A DNA stretch of 64,000 nucleotides from Stegostoma tigrinum (Eukaryota). The DNA lies in NCBI RefSeq assembly GCF_030684315.1, contig NC_081391.1, forward strand, positions 20,792,629-20,856,628, in the 5' to 3' direction. Position numbers and translations under genes: made by a program. The stretch's first letter is position 1. Every line of letters begins with the position of its first letter. Below the pieces are notes generated by a model. The model saw only the letters and a program-made list of their open reading frames with translations. It was not told where the DNA came from and searched no databases. Below, one piece after another: positions 1-13,290 of the stretch.

Positions 1-52
1 TCCAGGTGAGTACACCAGAGCTTTTCCTTCATTTAGAAGTGAAAAAACTCAC

Positions 53-2052
53 ATGAGGGTCCGTGTGGCCAGAGGCCAGTTTGTGCAGATCCAGCAGACT
101 CTGGTTCACATCCTTCTCCATCTGCAGAGCTCTCTGCATTGCCTCCAGACCATTGCCCCACTCATCCTGCCCTGGCTTCTGGAGGGAGGGAAGCAGTAAC
201 AAAGCACAGCTCAGCAGGCAGTTGTATCATTAGTCTATATCTGATCAGTTAGTTGTCTGTCATCATTGTAGGGAGGTACTTCAGACCAACTTTACTTTGG
301 CATCAAACAACCTCTAGATTTCACACGGTTCTGAAAGAGCAAGTTTAAGCATATCCTACATTGGGAGAATAGGTACCAATGGAAGTAATTCCTTGCTTTG
401 CTATTCTATGCCTTGGAATTGTTCTGATCACAACAACATTAGAAACATCTAGATAAGCAAGGCTGAAAGCTGCTGCTTTCTTCTCCTAGAAATCTAGTCT
501 TACCTTCTGTGGCCTCATCTTGTTTACACACTTGCTCACCTTCCAATATTCTGGATCACCTCAATTGCCTACTGTTCTTGGAACATAAAAGAGAAAAAGG
601 CATTTCCTTCAAAATGAATGTGTATTTTGTTTCAGTGAGCAACCTACCATTCAGAGCATTTACTCAGTCCTACAGGTCAACAGAGATGTACCAGTCAGCT
701 CACAAAGAGCTGCCAACTTGAAGATCAAGAATCAACCTTGATGTCCTGCAGGAGGACTCAGCCTCGATGTTTATTCTGGAATGCCATCAGTTTCTCAGCG
801 TGTGCCCGTTCCTCATGGGACTGCTCCTTGAAGAACTCAGCAAAGTGACGCAGGGCAACATCATCCCAGTCAAAGTAACAGAACTGCAAAGTGGGAAGCA
901 AACGTCAGTCTCAATGGCTCACTTTAACCAATCACTGTTTTTGCTTTCACCAACAGGATGTTGATAGATGGACCAAAAGAGAAAAAAGTTATGTCACATT
1001 GATGTGAGTCCAAAACCAGACATATTCACCCCTCAAAATAGAGGCAGTAAGCACAAGCTGCAGCCTCTGACCTGTGTCAGGGAGAGACATTGCAATGAGT
1101 GAGCTGTGGTGGACTGTGAAGTTCACAGCTGGATACAGCCATTAGACAACCCTGCGCTCATGGTCAGAAACACTTAGGGCTGGAAGCCAGTAAGGTCATG
1201 GTCCTACTGAATAGAGGGACCTGTGCATGTTGACCAGGGTGCCAGGAAATCTCAGCCAGCTCCCCATATCACTCACCTGATTAAACAGTGTCCTACGATC
1301 TACTCTACACCAAACCATGACCAATTTGGTTCTAGATCATTCACATTTCAAGTGAAAGAATGTGCTGCATCACAGTTAGCATCTAATAAAAACACTCAGG
1401 AAAGGTCATTGGGCCAAAACAACATGAACTGATTTCTCACCACAAATCCTGCTAGACCAGCAGAGCCTATCCAGCAGGCTTTGTTTTTGTTTCTTGTTCC
1501 CAGTAGTTATCCCAATTTTAAGTTAGTTGGGACTTTTTAAAAAAACTTCATTAATTGGGCATTTAAATCAAGCTAAGCTTCCACAAGGAACATTTCCAAG
1601 ATAAGGAGCAGTTGAAATCAATAAGGAAGGAGTTGAATTACAAAGCAAAGCCAGCCCATCCCTCTACACCAGAGGATGCTCTGCCGCAAGTGACAACACC
1701 CTGGGGACTCCCAGCCACAGGCCAGTTCTAACTGAAAACTGACTTTAAAATTTCAACACAGGCCTGCTGTGTTCATCCAGCCTCACATTTTATTACAATG
1801 TTAAGTGTGTTTACTTGATTCAGTCAGGGAAGAATAGCAAACAAGATATGTGCAAAAGCTAATTCATTGAGCAAGAAAACACTAAATCACTCAGTACAAT
1901 CATATCAGAGCTCCAATCAGAAATAGAAAATTCAGGATCACAAAGCTCACCATGGAGAGGTAAACATAGGAGGAATAGAGCTCCAGGTTGATCTGCTTGT
2001 TAACAGCATCCTCACAGTCCTTGTGGTAGTTCTGAGACACTTAGGAAACCAT
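53..2052 (-). pseudogene. Ferritin copy A, pseudogene (exon 4 lies outside the window)
   Basis: Exon 1 2052-1951, exon 2 883-737, exon 3 178-53, all with GT/AG ends and canonical lengths 102/147/126. Codon 4 is TAA (ATG GTT TCC TAA), and exon 2 has an in-frame TGA at 760-758 where intact copies have CGA. Confidence 0.92.
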
Positions 2053-2099
2053 CTTCACTATTATCTAAACAACTCTAAAACTGACCCTTTCCACACCCA

Positions 2100-2225
2100 C
2101 AAGCTCTTGTATTTATACTCCGGGGGGCAACATCCCAACATCAACGAGGGAATGGTGTCACGAATGATGACTGACAATTGCTAACAGCCAATCAGGTGTC
2201 ACACATGAATTCAGGCACCAATTAG
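2100..2225 (-). promoter_or_regulatory. Proximal promoter of copy A (TATA plus inverted CCAAT boxes)
   Basis: TATAAA on the minus strand at 2117-2112. CCAAT on the plus strand at 2188-2192 and ~2218-2222. Same layout as upstream of the other copies. Confidence 0.7.
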
Positions 2226-2529
2226 AGAGAGGGGGTGGGTGTGTTAAGCAAAGCTGATCAGAGGTGGAGATGTGAGCCAGGTCTGGATGGTTCTTCTGTG
2301 ATTGGAACAGCAGGAGGCCATTCGGCCTCTCAAACCTGCTGCACCACTCAATCAGGTCATGGTTCGTTTGATTCTTTTTAAAATAAATTAATTTGGATTG
2401 GAAAAGGTTGACAAGTTTACTTTTTAAATTCAGGTGGGTGTGATCGACTGCACAAGGGGCTCAATGAGGAAGGGGTGTCAGTTTCTCAGCCTGTTGTGCT
2501 GGGATTTGGGAAAGAAAGGTGCGAAATTC

Positions 2530-2900
2530 ACTATAGGTCATAGAAAAGTATAACAGGATAAGACGGGGCAAAGCCAGGAAGAATGATCCCAATGATGGGG
2601 GATTCTAGGACCAGGGTCCACAGTCTAAAGATACGGAGAAAGCCATTTAAGACTGAGATGAGGAGAAATGTCTTCATCCAGAGAGTGGGGGGCCTGTGGA
2701 ATTCTGTGCCACAGAAAACGGTTGGGGCCAAAAAATTGAATGTTTTCAAGAAGGAGTTGGGTATAGCTTTGAGGTCTAAAAGGATCAAAGGGTATGGAGA
2801 GAGAGTGGGAAGATGAGATTGAGTTAAGCGATCAGCCACAATCACATAGAGTGGCAGAGCAGGCTGGAAGGGCTGAATGGCCTACTCCAATAATTTTTTT
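2530..2900 (+). mobile_element. CR1-clade LINE 3' fragment
   Basis: Translates as SRTRVHSLKIRRKPFKTEMRRNVFIQRVGGLWNSVPQ, the typical CR1 ORF2 C-terminus, followed by the CR1-type 3' tail (gggctgaatggcctactcc). Confidence 0.85.
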
Positions 2901-3559
2901 TCTATGGTTCAATGTTGGTACAACCAGTGCAGCCAGGGTGTTGTGATGCAGGGGTAATGTCCCTAGCTGTGGACCAGGAAGTCTTGGTACAAGTCCATAC
3001 CAGATCCAGAGATTTTGTAACATCTCTACAGGCAGATTTAGAAAACAACCAGAACAGGTGCAGGCACAAGGGACCGAATGGCCTCCTGCTGTGCCATAAC
3101 AATTCTCCGATTCTGTGGTGGGTCTGTACCTGAGCAGCATCTCCCTGCCTCCAGCTCCTGCCTGTGGATTGTCACCTCGCAGTGATGGAGAGCCTCGAGT
3201 GTTCTTTTGGTTCTGAGAGTGATACCTGAAGAGGATTTCACCTCCTGGCAGGGCCACCCAGGAAGGTACGATCGAGGGGAGGGTCCTGGTAAAGTGCAAT
3301 GCAAAACAAGCCCCCAGCGGCCATCCAGGTGGAAGATAGGCGTGTGCTATCGTTGGCTGTGACAGTGGGTGAAGGTCAGCAGTGGGGGGATCCCCAGTCA
3401 ACATTTCTTTGCCTGTGGAACTGGGTCTACCTTGTGTAAAGGACCATGTCTCTGCTGATGTGTAACAGCTTTCCCACATTAAAGGTGCCTTGTACAGGTG
3501 CCCACTGAGAGGAGTACAAAACCCCTCCCCAAACTCTCAGAATTTCCTGGGTGGACATT

Positions 3560-4480
3560 GTGGATTTATAACAGCAGGAAGCCATTCAGCCCATCATGTC
3601 TGTATCGGTTTCCGAAAGAGCTACCCACCTAGACCCACTCTCCAGCCCTATGCCTGTAGCCGTGGAAATTTGTCACTTCCAAAGATACATTCAGCTCTTT
3701 CTTGAAACCATCTATGGAATCTGTCTCTGTCACTCTCGCAGGCATCACATTCCAAATCCTGACAACTTTCTGAATAAGAGATAATGGGAACTGCAGATGC
3801 TGGAGAATCCAAGATAATAAAATGTGAGGCTGGATGAACACAGCAGGCCAAGCAGCATCTCAGGAGCACAAAAGCTGACGTTTCGGGCCTAGACCCTTCA
3901 TCAGAGACTTTCTGAATAAAGAGCTTTCTCCTCATCTCAGAGCTCCCTTACGAACATATTGTGACCCCTAGTCACTGACATATCAGCTCGTGAAAACAGA
4001 ATATCCTCCTTCACCCTGACAGAATTGCTCATCACTTTGATCGCTTCAATAAGGTCATCTCTTCATCATCTCTGCTCCAAAGAGAATTAACACAATTTCT
4101 TTCATCTTTCCTGGTGTTTAAAATTCCTCATTCCTAGTGTCATTCTCATAAATCTCCTTTGAACTCTGTCCAGGGCTTCAATGTCCTTCCTTAAATTGTA
4201 TGACCAGAACTGTACATCATACTACAAATGTGGGTTGAACCAATGGTTTGTCGAGGTGTAACATCAATTACTTGCTCTTATTCTCTATCCTCTGTTTGAA
4301 AACACAAGGTTCACAAAAGCCTCCTTCATAGCAGCTGAGTCCTGCTTGGCCCCTTTTAGATAATCACATACTTAAAACCCAAAGTCCCTCTGATCCTGTT
4401 CTTACCTCAGATTTGCCATATCAAGCCTATTTTGTCTTTCCATGCTTCTTCCACCAAAATGCATTACTTACATTTTTTGG
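3560..4480 (-). mobile_element. Decayed CR1-clade LINE 3' part, interrupted by a short Penelope-derived insert
   Basis: Minus-strand translation ...LFIQKVVRIWNVMP...DSIDGFKKELNVSL matches the CR1 ORF2 end. It is split at 3778-3906. Confidence 0.7.
3778..3906 (-). mobile_element. Short Penelope-terminus-derived insert with hammerhead motif
   Basis: 13-bp target-site duplication ACTTTCTGAATAA at 3765-3777 and 3907-3919. Sequence matches the terminus of the element at 43539-45221. Minus strand 3904-3875 reads CTGATGA-AGGGTCTAGGCCC-GAAACGTCAG. Confidence 0.85.
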
Positions 4481-4688
4481 CAGATTGTAATTAGAAAGTG
4501 ATTGCCAACATCAAACCTTACCCAATAAAATTTTACCAATCAAATATTTGAAATATTTCATTCGTCCTGTGTATATGTGCATGTGCTTGTGCATGCTTCT
4601 ATTATCCTTTGTGCGAACAAGCTGTTTTTGACAGTATTCTGAATGATTTAATTCTAATGTGAAGATTATAATCCTTTTCCACACTCAG

Positions 4689-5757
4689 TCCTAGATGACC
4701 TTTGAGAAGGAACAGGTTCTCTGTCTACCCTGTCGAATCCATAAATCCTCTTAAAAATATCAATTACAGCCATCCCTTAACCTTCTATACAGAGGGACTT
4801 GGACAAACTGTTGTCATCATTTAACCAGTTCTATATCTAGTTTCATTCCAGAAATTCTGTGCATAACCATATTTGGGTCTAATCTGCCAGAACTGCGCAC
4901 TCCAGATATGGCTGGACTGGAACTTGACAATTTCACAAACGAACTTCCATCCAGAGATATTTGAACTTCTCTGAGATCAGGCCTAACATTAGAGAATGTG
5001 GTGGCTTGCCTTCTTGACTTGCTGTTGCCTCTGGGGTGTAGGCAGATCCCCAGTGCTGTTAGGGAGGGCATTCCAGGATTGTGACCCATCCACACTGGAG
5101 GAATGGGGCTATGTTTCCAAGTCAGGATGGTGAGTGTCTTGAAGTAGAACTCACAGGGGGTGGTGTTCCCATGTAGCTGCTGCCCTTGTCATTTGCAAAT
5201 TAATTGGGGTTTTGGAAGGTCTTGGCGAAAGGAGCTTTGGGGAATTTCTGCAGCATTTGGCCGATGGTAGACAGTGCAGTCCGTGAGCATCATAGAATCT
5301 CCATAGTGTGGAAACAGGCTATTCGGCCCAACAAGTCTACACTGCCCCTTCGAAGAGCATCCCACCCAGACCCATTTCCCATGTCTAACTCACTTAACCT
5401 GAACATCCCTGGGCACTATGGGCAATTTAGCATGGCCAATCCACCTAACCTGCACATCTTTGGAATGTGGGGGGAAACCCACGCAGACATGGGTAGAATG
5501 TGCACACTCCACGCAGACAGTCACCCGAGGCTGGAATCGAACCCGGGGCCTTTGGCGCTGTGAGGTGAGTGCTAACCCCTGAGCCACCGTGCTACCCTGT
5601 TCAAAACATATTAATCTGGAGGAAACAGCTTCAAAGATGGAAAACTCCTAGATGACCTTTGAGAAAAAACAGGTTCTCTCTATTTACCCTGTCAAATCCA
5701 TAAATCCTCTTAAAAATATCAATTACAGCCATCCCTAAAACTTCTACACAGAGGGAC
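4689..5757 (+). repeat. Pair of ~110-bp direct repeats (4689-4798 and 5646-5757)
   Basis: Both copies read tcctagatgacctttgag...ccataaatcctcttaaaaatatcaattacagccatccc...acagagggac with few mismatches. Confidence 0.85.
5291..5596 (-). mobile_element. tRNA-derived SINE (HE1-like)
   Basis: Minus strand begins gcacggtggctcaggggttagcact (A box) and includes ggttcgattcc (B box). It ends in a CR1-like tail (gcctgtttccacact). Confidence 0.85.
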
Positions 5758-8700
5758 GCTCTTGTAAATGCTCAGGGACGTTCTACTATGGTGGCTTCAT
5801 GTGGAGCTGCTCAGCAGATCACTCGAAGTGGCTGTTGATCCTGGGCTCGTTCACCAATCTGTTGTTCTCAGGTTCTCCGCATCGTTGTTGCCCCACAACA
5901 AACACAACAATAACCCCTGTTATGGCTGGACACATCAGCCACAATTCCAACTAACTTATGTGGAGAATATAAGAAACAGAACGGGTCCTTAGCAAAGTGG
6001 GCTAACAGCATTTCGGTCACTCTCAAATGACGCTCAGCATTGGCATCCTTACATCGGGACACGAAGGACTTCAAAAAGGAATGCTAAAATCAGGCGATAC
6101 CTCCACAAGGACCTATGATAGTGGGACTTTTTCAATGCATACAGTACAAGTCATATTATGCGAATAAAGTAGGAGGTTATAGGTGCAGTGTGATTGCTGA
6201 TACCTTGTCCTCACACCCTACGTTACCCCGAAAAGACAATATAGCATAGAAAAGCATGCTGGTGAATGTTTACAGTTCAAGATGATGGGTGCTCAGTTGT
6301 CTGCCCTTATGCAACATATCAGATCTTGGAATATCTTTATGATGCCACAGATGCCACTTTTTAAGGTCACCTGTGATTATCTCTGTTATACAGAGATGAC
6401 TGTCTTCAATCTTCATTGACCAGTGACATGGTTAAGACTGCTCGTGACACTGCATGTGTTTACATACTCCTGGAAGGGTCACCCATGAAAGTAAGGTCAG
6501 AGGGGAGGAACCAGACAAAAGCAGTCCAAAACAAGCCCGCTGTAGCGATTCAGACAAAAGATGTTTGTGACGCATCGACAGCCATGAAGAAGGATGAAGG
6601 CCGCAGAATACGGAGATCCCCAGTCATCTGGGTTTTATTGCCACTAAAAACGGATCTATGCTCTGTCCAGGAACACATGTGTGCTGATGTGCAACAGCAT
6701 TTCCACGTTAGAGGATGTCTTGTCCAAGTCATGCACCTGAAGGAATACCTGGGAAACCCTCACTCAGAAGAAACTGACCCGCAGGAACCTCCAATATGAA
6801 GGGAAATAATTCTTTGAGAACACCTGTCAGCAAGAGGAAGTATGAAAAAGGAATGCCAGTGATCTCAAGGTCAAGGACCATTTCCATCTCCCAGAAACAC
6901 CCACCAAATGTGGTTGGAGATGTGGCTCTAGGGTCAGGCTCATCAACCATGCAAGGACCCAAAGAACACATCACCAACGACATGGAAATTCCTAGATGGA
7001 CAATCATGCTCGTTAGTGAGTAATTGCTGATGACGATGACGACAACCTCTATCTGTACACTGCTAGCACCAGATTAAAGCAATAGACCCTGAGGAGCCTT
7101 GAATTAACAATTACAATTCGGGCTCTCATGCTCAGACAATAAACAAAAGTTACTCCACCTACTTTGGGTGTTGTCTCAGCCATTTTTCATTTGCAGCATA
7201 TATCTATGAGTCGCACAAGTATGGCAAGTAATATAGGTTGCCCGTGACACGAGACATAGTCACGGGTACCTCCAAGCTGAACCTCCATGATCCTTGCAAC
7301 CCTGTTGTGCCATCAGCACTGAGCTTTTAAAGATGCCCACACACCTCTTTGAATGACAGCTTTATCTATCAATATTGACCACTGAGCCCCTGCCTTATAG
7401 CTCAGTCACGCCAACCATCTTGCTCAGTAACAATACGCGCTCCCCCACCCATCAAAGGCAGGACGGTTGTGAATATTGATGATTTCCTTCTCACAGTAAC
7501 CTATGTCTTCCAATGACTACAGTCTCCAACCCCCCACCCCATTCATATGTTGAGTTGCCCCACCATCATGAATATTGTCCCCTCCACAATCCAGTGTGTT
7601 GCCTCCAATTAACTGCCCCAACTTCCTACCACAGTAGCATCCTCTGATACTCAGTGGTGGAAGAGATAATGTTCGTGGCTGTTTTGCCAATCAAGCTCTG
7701 CTGTGAGCTGGAGGCTGTCAAGATTCTGGAGTAGTTCCTGATTTTGTCTGGCAACTCTTTCTCCTCCACACCCCAAATGCATGGATAAGGTCATTATTTC
7801 TATTCCCTCACTGATCTCCTGACAATCCCCATCAAGGAGGCATCTGTCCTCAAACATAACTGTAACATTGTCTGTTCTCCCCTACCACACACTATTAAAA
7901 AAAGAATTCTGCATGGAACTGCTGATATGCAACTAGAAATGCCCTTCTGGCGTGGTGCTTAATAAAACAAAGTACTTTTGTCCTATGACGCAGAACCAAG
8001 TCTGGATTATGAGCTACATCAGTCAGTTTGGTCACATCTCTTCAAACAACTTCACTATTTCAGACAGTTTGCACACAGGGAAATTTGAATAGAACGTTTG
8101 ACCCAGCTCTGCAACTTTAAAGTGCAGTTGGCTTTAACATTTTATTCATATGTAACTCATCGCTTAATTAATCGCTTATTTAATTTCTAATTCTCCCTTG
8201 ATCAAGAAGTTTTACTTGGGAAATGTGAGTGTCACACATCAGCTCTTAGCTGCCCCACCTTTCATCCAATTCAAGCTGTTGGAAGTGCTAAGTGGAGCAT
8301 TCTGAAGTTCGTAGAACAGTCATTGATAACAAAAGGATGAACACAGCTGGAAGGCTGGCGTTTCGGGCCTAGACCCTTCTTCAGAAAATGAAGATGTGTC
8401 TCTGCCTGCTGTATTCATCCAGCTCTACACCTTGTTAACTCAGAACAGTCACTCACCTACTTTTTGCCTCTTTATTCTTTTAAAATTGGGCTGAAAAGGA
8501 AAACAGCAGGCTTGATAGTGCAGCAAGAAAGTCTGCCGGCAGAGAAACTGAATTCCCTACCTTGGAAACAATGAGCTAACAATCACCCAAAAGCAGTCAC
8601 AACAGTGTATTGTGCAATTGTGATCATTTTTATTCCTGTTGGGGGAACTCGAACCGACTGCAGTCAGTAGATGTTAATGATTAACTAAGACCCTTTGCTA

Positions 8701-9286
8701 GAAATAAAACCAGGTCAAGCAGCATTTGTAGAGATAAATCAGTCCATATTTCAGCTGGGGACCATTCAGAACGGATTTTTCTGAAGCACTGCCAGACCTG
8801 TTGAGCCAATCCAAGGAATTTGATTTTGTCCGTATTTTCAGGGTCCATTGTTCTTTTAAATTTTAGAGATTCAATCATTGCCAGGGACAGAGCACCAGTT
8901 AGGTGCTTAACATGTAGACTGTTGATTGATTTGTGGACCAGAGGTTGTTCTTAAAAATCATTCCACTCAGCACAAGACAAAACCATCAGGGGAACGAGCA
9001 TTGCTTCCAAATCAAAAAGCTTAAGCAGCCATGGAAATTCCACAACAAGAATTACTTCAAATATCAGCTAGCTACATGGGTTGTTATTGCTTTAGGATGA
9101 GACCAAAAGCTTAAGGACTAAACAGAATCAGATGCAAAACAGCCAGAACATTCAAGAGCCAAATGATGTGAAATTACATGAAGTACTCAGTTTGATCATG
9201 AATACTATTTTAGTTCTGTTCAGGGCACAAACCAAATTCTTTCACTCGAATGAAGTCACCTTGTACAAACAGTTTATTGAGCCCAC

Positions 9287-11662
9287 TCAATTCAGGGTGA
9301 GCTTGTCAAACAAGTATTCTCATGCCCTTCGCAGGGGGTTCCAGTGTCTCCAGGTTGGTGATGTGATGTCCCAGTTTCTTGATAGTCTTCACTTGCTCAT
9401 CCAAGTAGTGCCTCTCCAGGAAGTCACACAGCAGGAGAAACAAAGTCAAAATTATTCTACAGAATCAAAAAGCTATTTGAAAGTAATCTTCCATTTCAGA
9501 TGTGACCATCACCCAGCCAGACTGATGGAGAGGTACACTCAGGTGATACTGTTATAGTTTTAACAGTGTGCAGATGGCTGTTGAGAAAAATCTTTTCTGC
9601 TCGAGTGCACAGGAAGATCATTTGCTTCCAAGCTTTGGAAAGAATTTCTCCTGTAATTCCTGATAGTGCTTTCCCGGATTGCAAGCATGAAAGGGAAAGA
9701 AAACTTCTTAAAGAGGAGAAACTCACATGAGGGCCCATGAGTTCAGAGGAGAGTTTGTGCAGACCCAGCAGACACTGTTTCACATCCTTCTCCATCTGCA
9801 GAGCTCTCTGCATTGCCTCCAGACCACTGCCCCACTCATCCTGCTCTGGCTTCTGGAGGGAGGACAGGAGAAAGAACAAGCACCTCAGTCTCAACAGAGA
9901 GAGAAACACTGAATTATCTTTAATGTTTACAGTGAACAAAGGTCACAAGGTAGAGTTGTTGTTTAAAATTCACTCACAGGATGAGGGCATCACTGGCTAG
10001 TCAGCATTCATTGCCCATTCTCAATTGCCCAGAGGGCAGTTCAGAATCAACCACATTGCTGCATGTCTGGAGTCAGATGTAGTTTAGACCTGGTAAGGAT
10101 AGTAGCTTATTTCACTAAAAAGGGCATTCGTGACCCATTTGGTTCCCCCCTCCCAAACAATTGGCAGCAAATGCACAGTCATCATCGAATCCCTACAGTG
10201 TGGAGACAGGCCCTTCAGCCCAACAAGTGTATACTGACCCTCAGAGCATCCCACCCAGGCCTATCCCCTAGAACCAACCTAATCTACACTCCCTAGGGCA
10301 ATATAGCCTGGCCAATCCACCGAAGCCACACATCTTTGCAATTGTGGGAGGAAACCACAGCAAACTCACACAAACATAGGGAGAGAATGTCTGTGTGGCA
10401 TTTGCACACAGTCATCTGTGAGTGGAATTGAACCTGGGCCCATGGTACTGTGAAGCAGCTGTGCTAACCACTGAGCCACCCATCATTAGGCTTCTTTGCA
10501 GAAGTTATTGCATTCAAATTCCACCATCTGCCGTGGTGGAATTCAAACCCCAGTCCCTCAGCTGTTATCTGGATTCATAGTACAATAATACTGCTAGGCC
10601 ATCACCTCCACACTGCTGTTTTAAAATTCATTTCAAACAAATTTATGAAAAACTAAAGGTAATCCAGGCAGGAGGCAAGTCATTCCATTAAACACAACCT
10701 GGATGTCCTGCAGGAGGACTCAGCCTTCACATTTATTCTGTTATGCCATCAGTTTCTCAGCTTGTTCCTGCTTCTCCTGGGAATGCTTCTTGAAGAACTC
10801 AGCAAAGTGACGGAGGGCAACATCATCCCTGTCAAAGTGAAAGGACTGCGGAAGAAAAATAGCAGCTAGTTTTATAACTTTGAACTCACTTGTTCCTCTA
10901 AACAAAAAGCTGACAGGAGTGCCTAGACTTCATTTTGTATCAAAAGTGAGACACTGTTCACCGAGTCTTTGGAAATAGTAAAGTTTCATCTCAGATGGAC
11001 TGCAACAAATCAAACTAAACCACTGGACAAATGCCTTCTACTACAGGTGGAGAAAAGAAAAACTCAGCCATCTGTCAAAATTCTAATATGCTGAACCCAC
11101 AATAGGCTAATGTGCAAGATAAACAATTCTAAAGGAAGTTTCAGTATTTCAAAAGTAGCAAAAAAATCAAGAACATAACCACCTTGTGTTGATCAGTCAT
11201 CCCATTGAGAACTCCTTTCCCCGACTATTCGAAAGTAAAGCATTCAGACACGTGCTCAGAAACAAACTAAAAATTCCTATTCTAAGATCTGGAGCAGGTA
11301 GAAGTTGGACCTCGGCTCGAAAGCCCAATAGGAAGGACATTACCACAAGTACAGCCTTTGTAATGATTGTTACTTTGGTTTTTTTTTTTACACTGAATAG
11401 AGGAGATATGACAAATAGCAACTGAGTCACTCTAAATCACTAGGAGTAATTCGCTGTTTAAATTTTTCCCCTCACAGACTCCAACAGTCTAAACAAGTGT
11501 AATAGTTATTTTATTCAATTGGAGAAAAAAGTTGAGGAGAGTCACAGGAAGACAGCTCACCATGGAGAGGTGCACAATGGAGGAACAGAGCTCCACGTTG
11601 ATCTCCTCGTTAACAGCAGCCTCACACTCCTTAGCATAGTTCTGATGCACTTGGGAGGCCAT
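9287..11662 (-). pseudogene. Ferritin copy B, pseudogene
   Basis: Exon 1 11662-11561, exon 2 10845-10699 (TAA at 10743-10741, TGA at 10722-10720), exon 3 9852-9727, exon 4 9431-9287. The exon 4 acceptor is TG instead of AG, and there is a 2-nt deletion near GMGEY. Confidence 0.93.
10185..10480 (-). mobile_element. tRNA-derived SINE (HE1-like) in intron 2 of copy B
   Basis: Minus strand ggtggctcagtggttagcacagctgcttcacag...ggttcaattcc. Same family as 5291-5596. Confidence 0.8.
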
Positions 11663-11724
11663 CCTCACTATTCCTGCTCCCTATCACCTGGAGACAACTC
11701 TAGAACTGAGCCTCTCACCTGCAG

Positions 11725-11900
11725 GTTGTTATATTTATACTCCTGGGAGCATCCTGCACTCAAACAGGGAAGGGCATCACCAACGTTGATCGGCTATCAG
11801 GGATCACCACCAGGAATCCCTCACCAATCCAGGCACCAATGAATAAAGGAAACAGCGTTGTCGGGGAGGGGCTGAAATGCAGAGCCAGAGATTTGGATTA
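11725..11900 (-). promoter_or_regulatory. Proximal promoter of copy B
   Basis: TATAAA on the minus strand at 11739-11734. CCAAT on the plus strand near 11824 and 11837. Homologous to the promoters of copies G and I. Confidence 0.65.
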
Positions 11901-12329
11901 TCAGTAAATTTGGAAAATTAGGCTTGATGATGTCACTCAGTCTGACCTTCAGAATCTTCAAGTGACTCCCCATTTAACCCTGTGGAGCCACACCTTTGAA
12001 TTTTGAGATAACTTGTTATTTTTGCTGAAGCAGCTTTTCTGGTCACATTTGTTACTCATGAGGAGCTGTGAGCCAATACAACACTGAAAGGATTGAAACA
12101 GTCTTGAATTCAAGTTGAATTTACAAACCAGCCACTGGACAGAAATGAAAAAGGTGAGAATGAGAGCGAGTGACCATGACTGAACCCAGTGTCACCCATA
12201 GGTCTGTCTCCCATTGGTTACAGCAGGTTTGGGGACAGACGCAATGGAGCAGATGATCCTTTTCTGCCATTAATGTTGCTTGTTCAATGAGTCCTTTTCT
12301 GATCAAATTTCAACATGGCAGAGGAATAC

Positions 12330-13290
12330 TCGAATCTGAAATAATGAATCATCTTTGGCTGCTCCATCAATGACTTTCCTTCCATCATTCATTCAGAAGA
12401 GGGGAGGTTCCCCGATGATTACACAACGTTCATGTCTCAAATAGTACAGCAGCTCATGTTTATGTGGAGCAAGATCTAAATGACATCCAGGCTTGGTCTG
12501 ATAAATGGCAATTCATATTCATATCATAAATGCCTGGCAATGCCCATATCATGCAAGAATGAAACTGGCTTCACCAGAAACTGAACTGTACCATCCTTTT
12601 CAACACTGTGGCTGGAGAGCTCAGAGGTTAGGAATTCTGTCGTATATGACTCACCTCCTGATACCGATGCCCGTTTGCTACCCACAAGGCAATAAACAAC
12701 AGAATAATGTATAAAAACTGAAAGAACTGCAGATGCTGTAAATCAGGAATAAAAACAGAAGTTGCTGGAAAGGCTCAGCAGATCTAGCATCATCTGAAGA
12801 AAAATCAGAGTTAACATTTTGGGTCCGGTCACCCTTCCTCAGGAGAGACTAATGGAATACACTCCACTTGCCTGACTGGTTACAGCAGCTAACAGCACTC
12901 AACAATGTTGACAAAATTCATGGCAAAGCCAACCATTTTATTCACATCCCATCCACATTGCCTCCCACCATCCAGTGATTGGGTGCCATCTACCAAGTTG
13001 CGCAGGAGTAACTCTCCCAGGCCATTTCAACAGCACCTTCCAAATCCAAGGCCTGTATCCCTTATAAGGACAAGTGCAGCAGATACATGGGAACACCAGC
13101 CCCTGCAAGTCTCTCTCCAAGCCATTCACCATCCTGACTTGGAAATATGTCACTGTTCCTGAAGTGTCATTGGGTCAGAATCTGGGAACTCCCTCCCTAA
13201 GGACATTGTTGCTTAGCACATGGACTGCAATGGCTGAAGGCGGGAGCTCAGCACCACAATCTTAAGGATAATTATAGATGGGCAATACAT
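12330..13290 (+). mobile_element. Decayed CR1/L2-group LINE reverse-transcriptase 3' fragment
   Basis: atctttggctgctccatcaatgactttccttccatcatt...cccgatgat resembles IFSCFINDLPSII..FADD. The same family occurs inverted at ~21000-21830 and 29420-30240. A Penelope-derived piece sits at ~12710-12845. Confidence 0.7.

Noticed and set aside
758-760. Recurrent in-frame TGA as selenocysteine or programmed readthrough
   Set aside because: It replaces Arg (CGA, a CpG hotspot), not Cys. All three copies carrying it have other independent disabling lesions, and no SECIS was recognised.
2832-3479. 215-aa minus-strand ORF
   Set aside because: No recognisable domain, it overlaps a CR1 tail, and there is no splice or promoter support. 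Likely a chance ORF in repeat-derived DNA.
3648-3935. Recurring peptides such as SDEGSRPETSAFVLLRCCLACCVHPASH in several ORFs
   Set aside because: These are translations of the non-coding Penelope terminal repeat, not a protein family.
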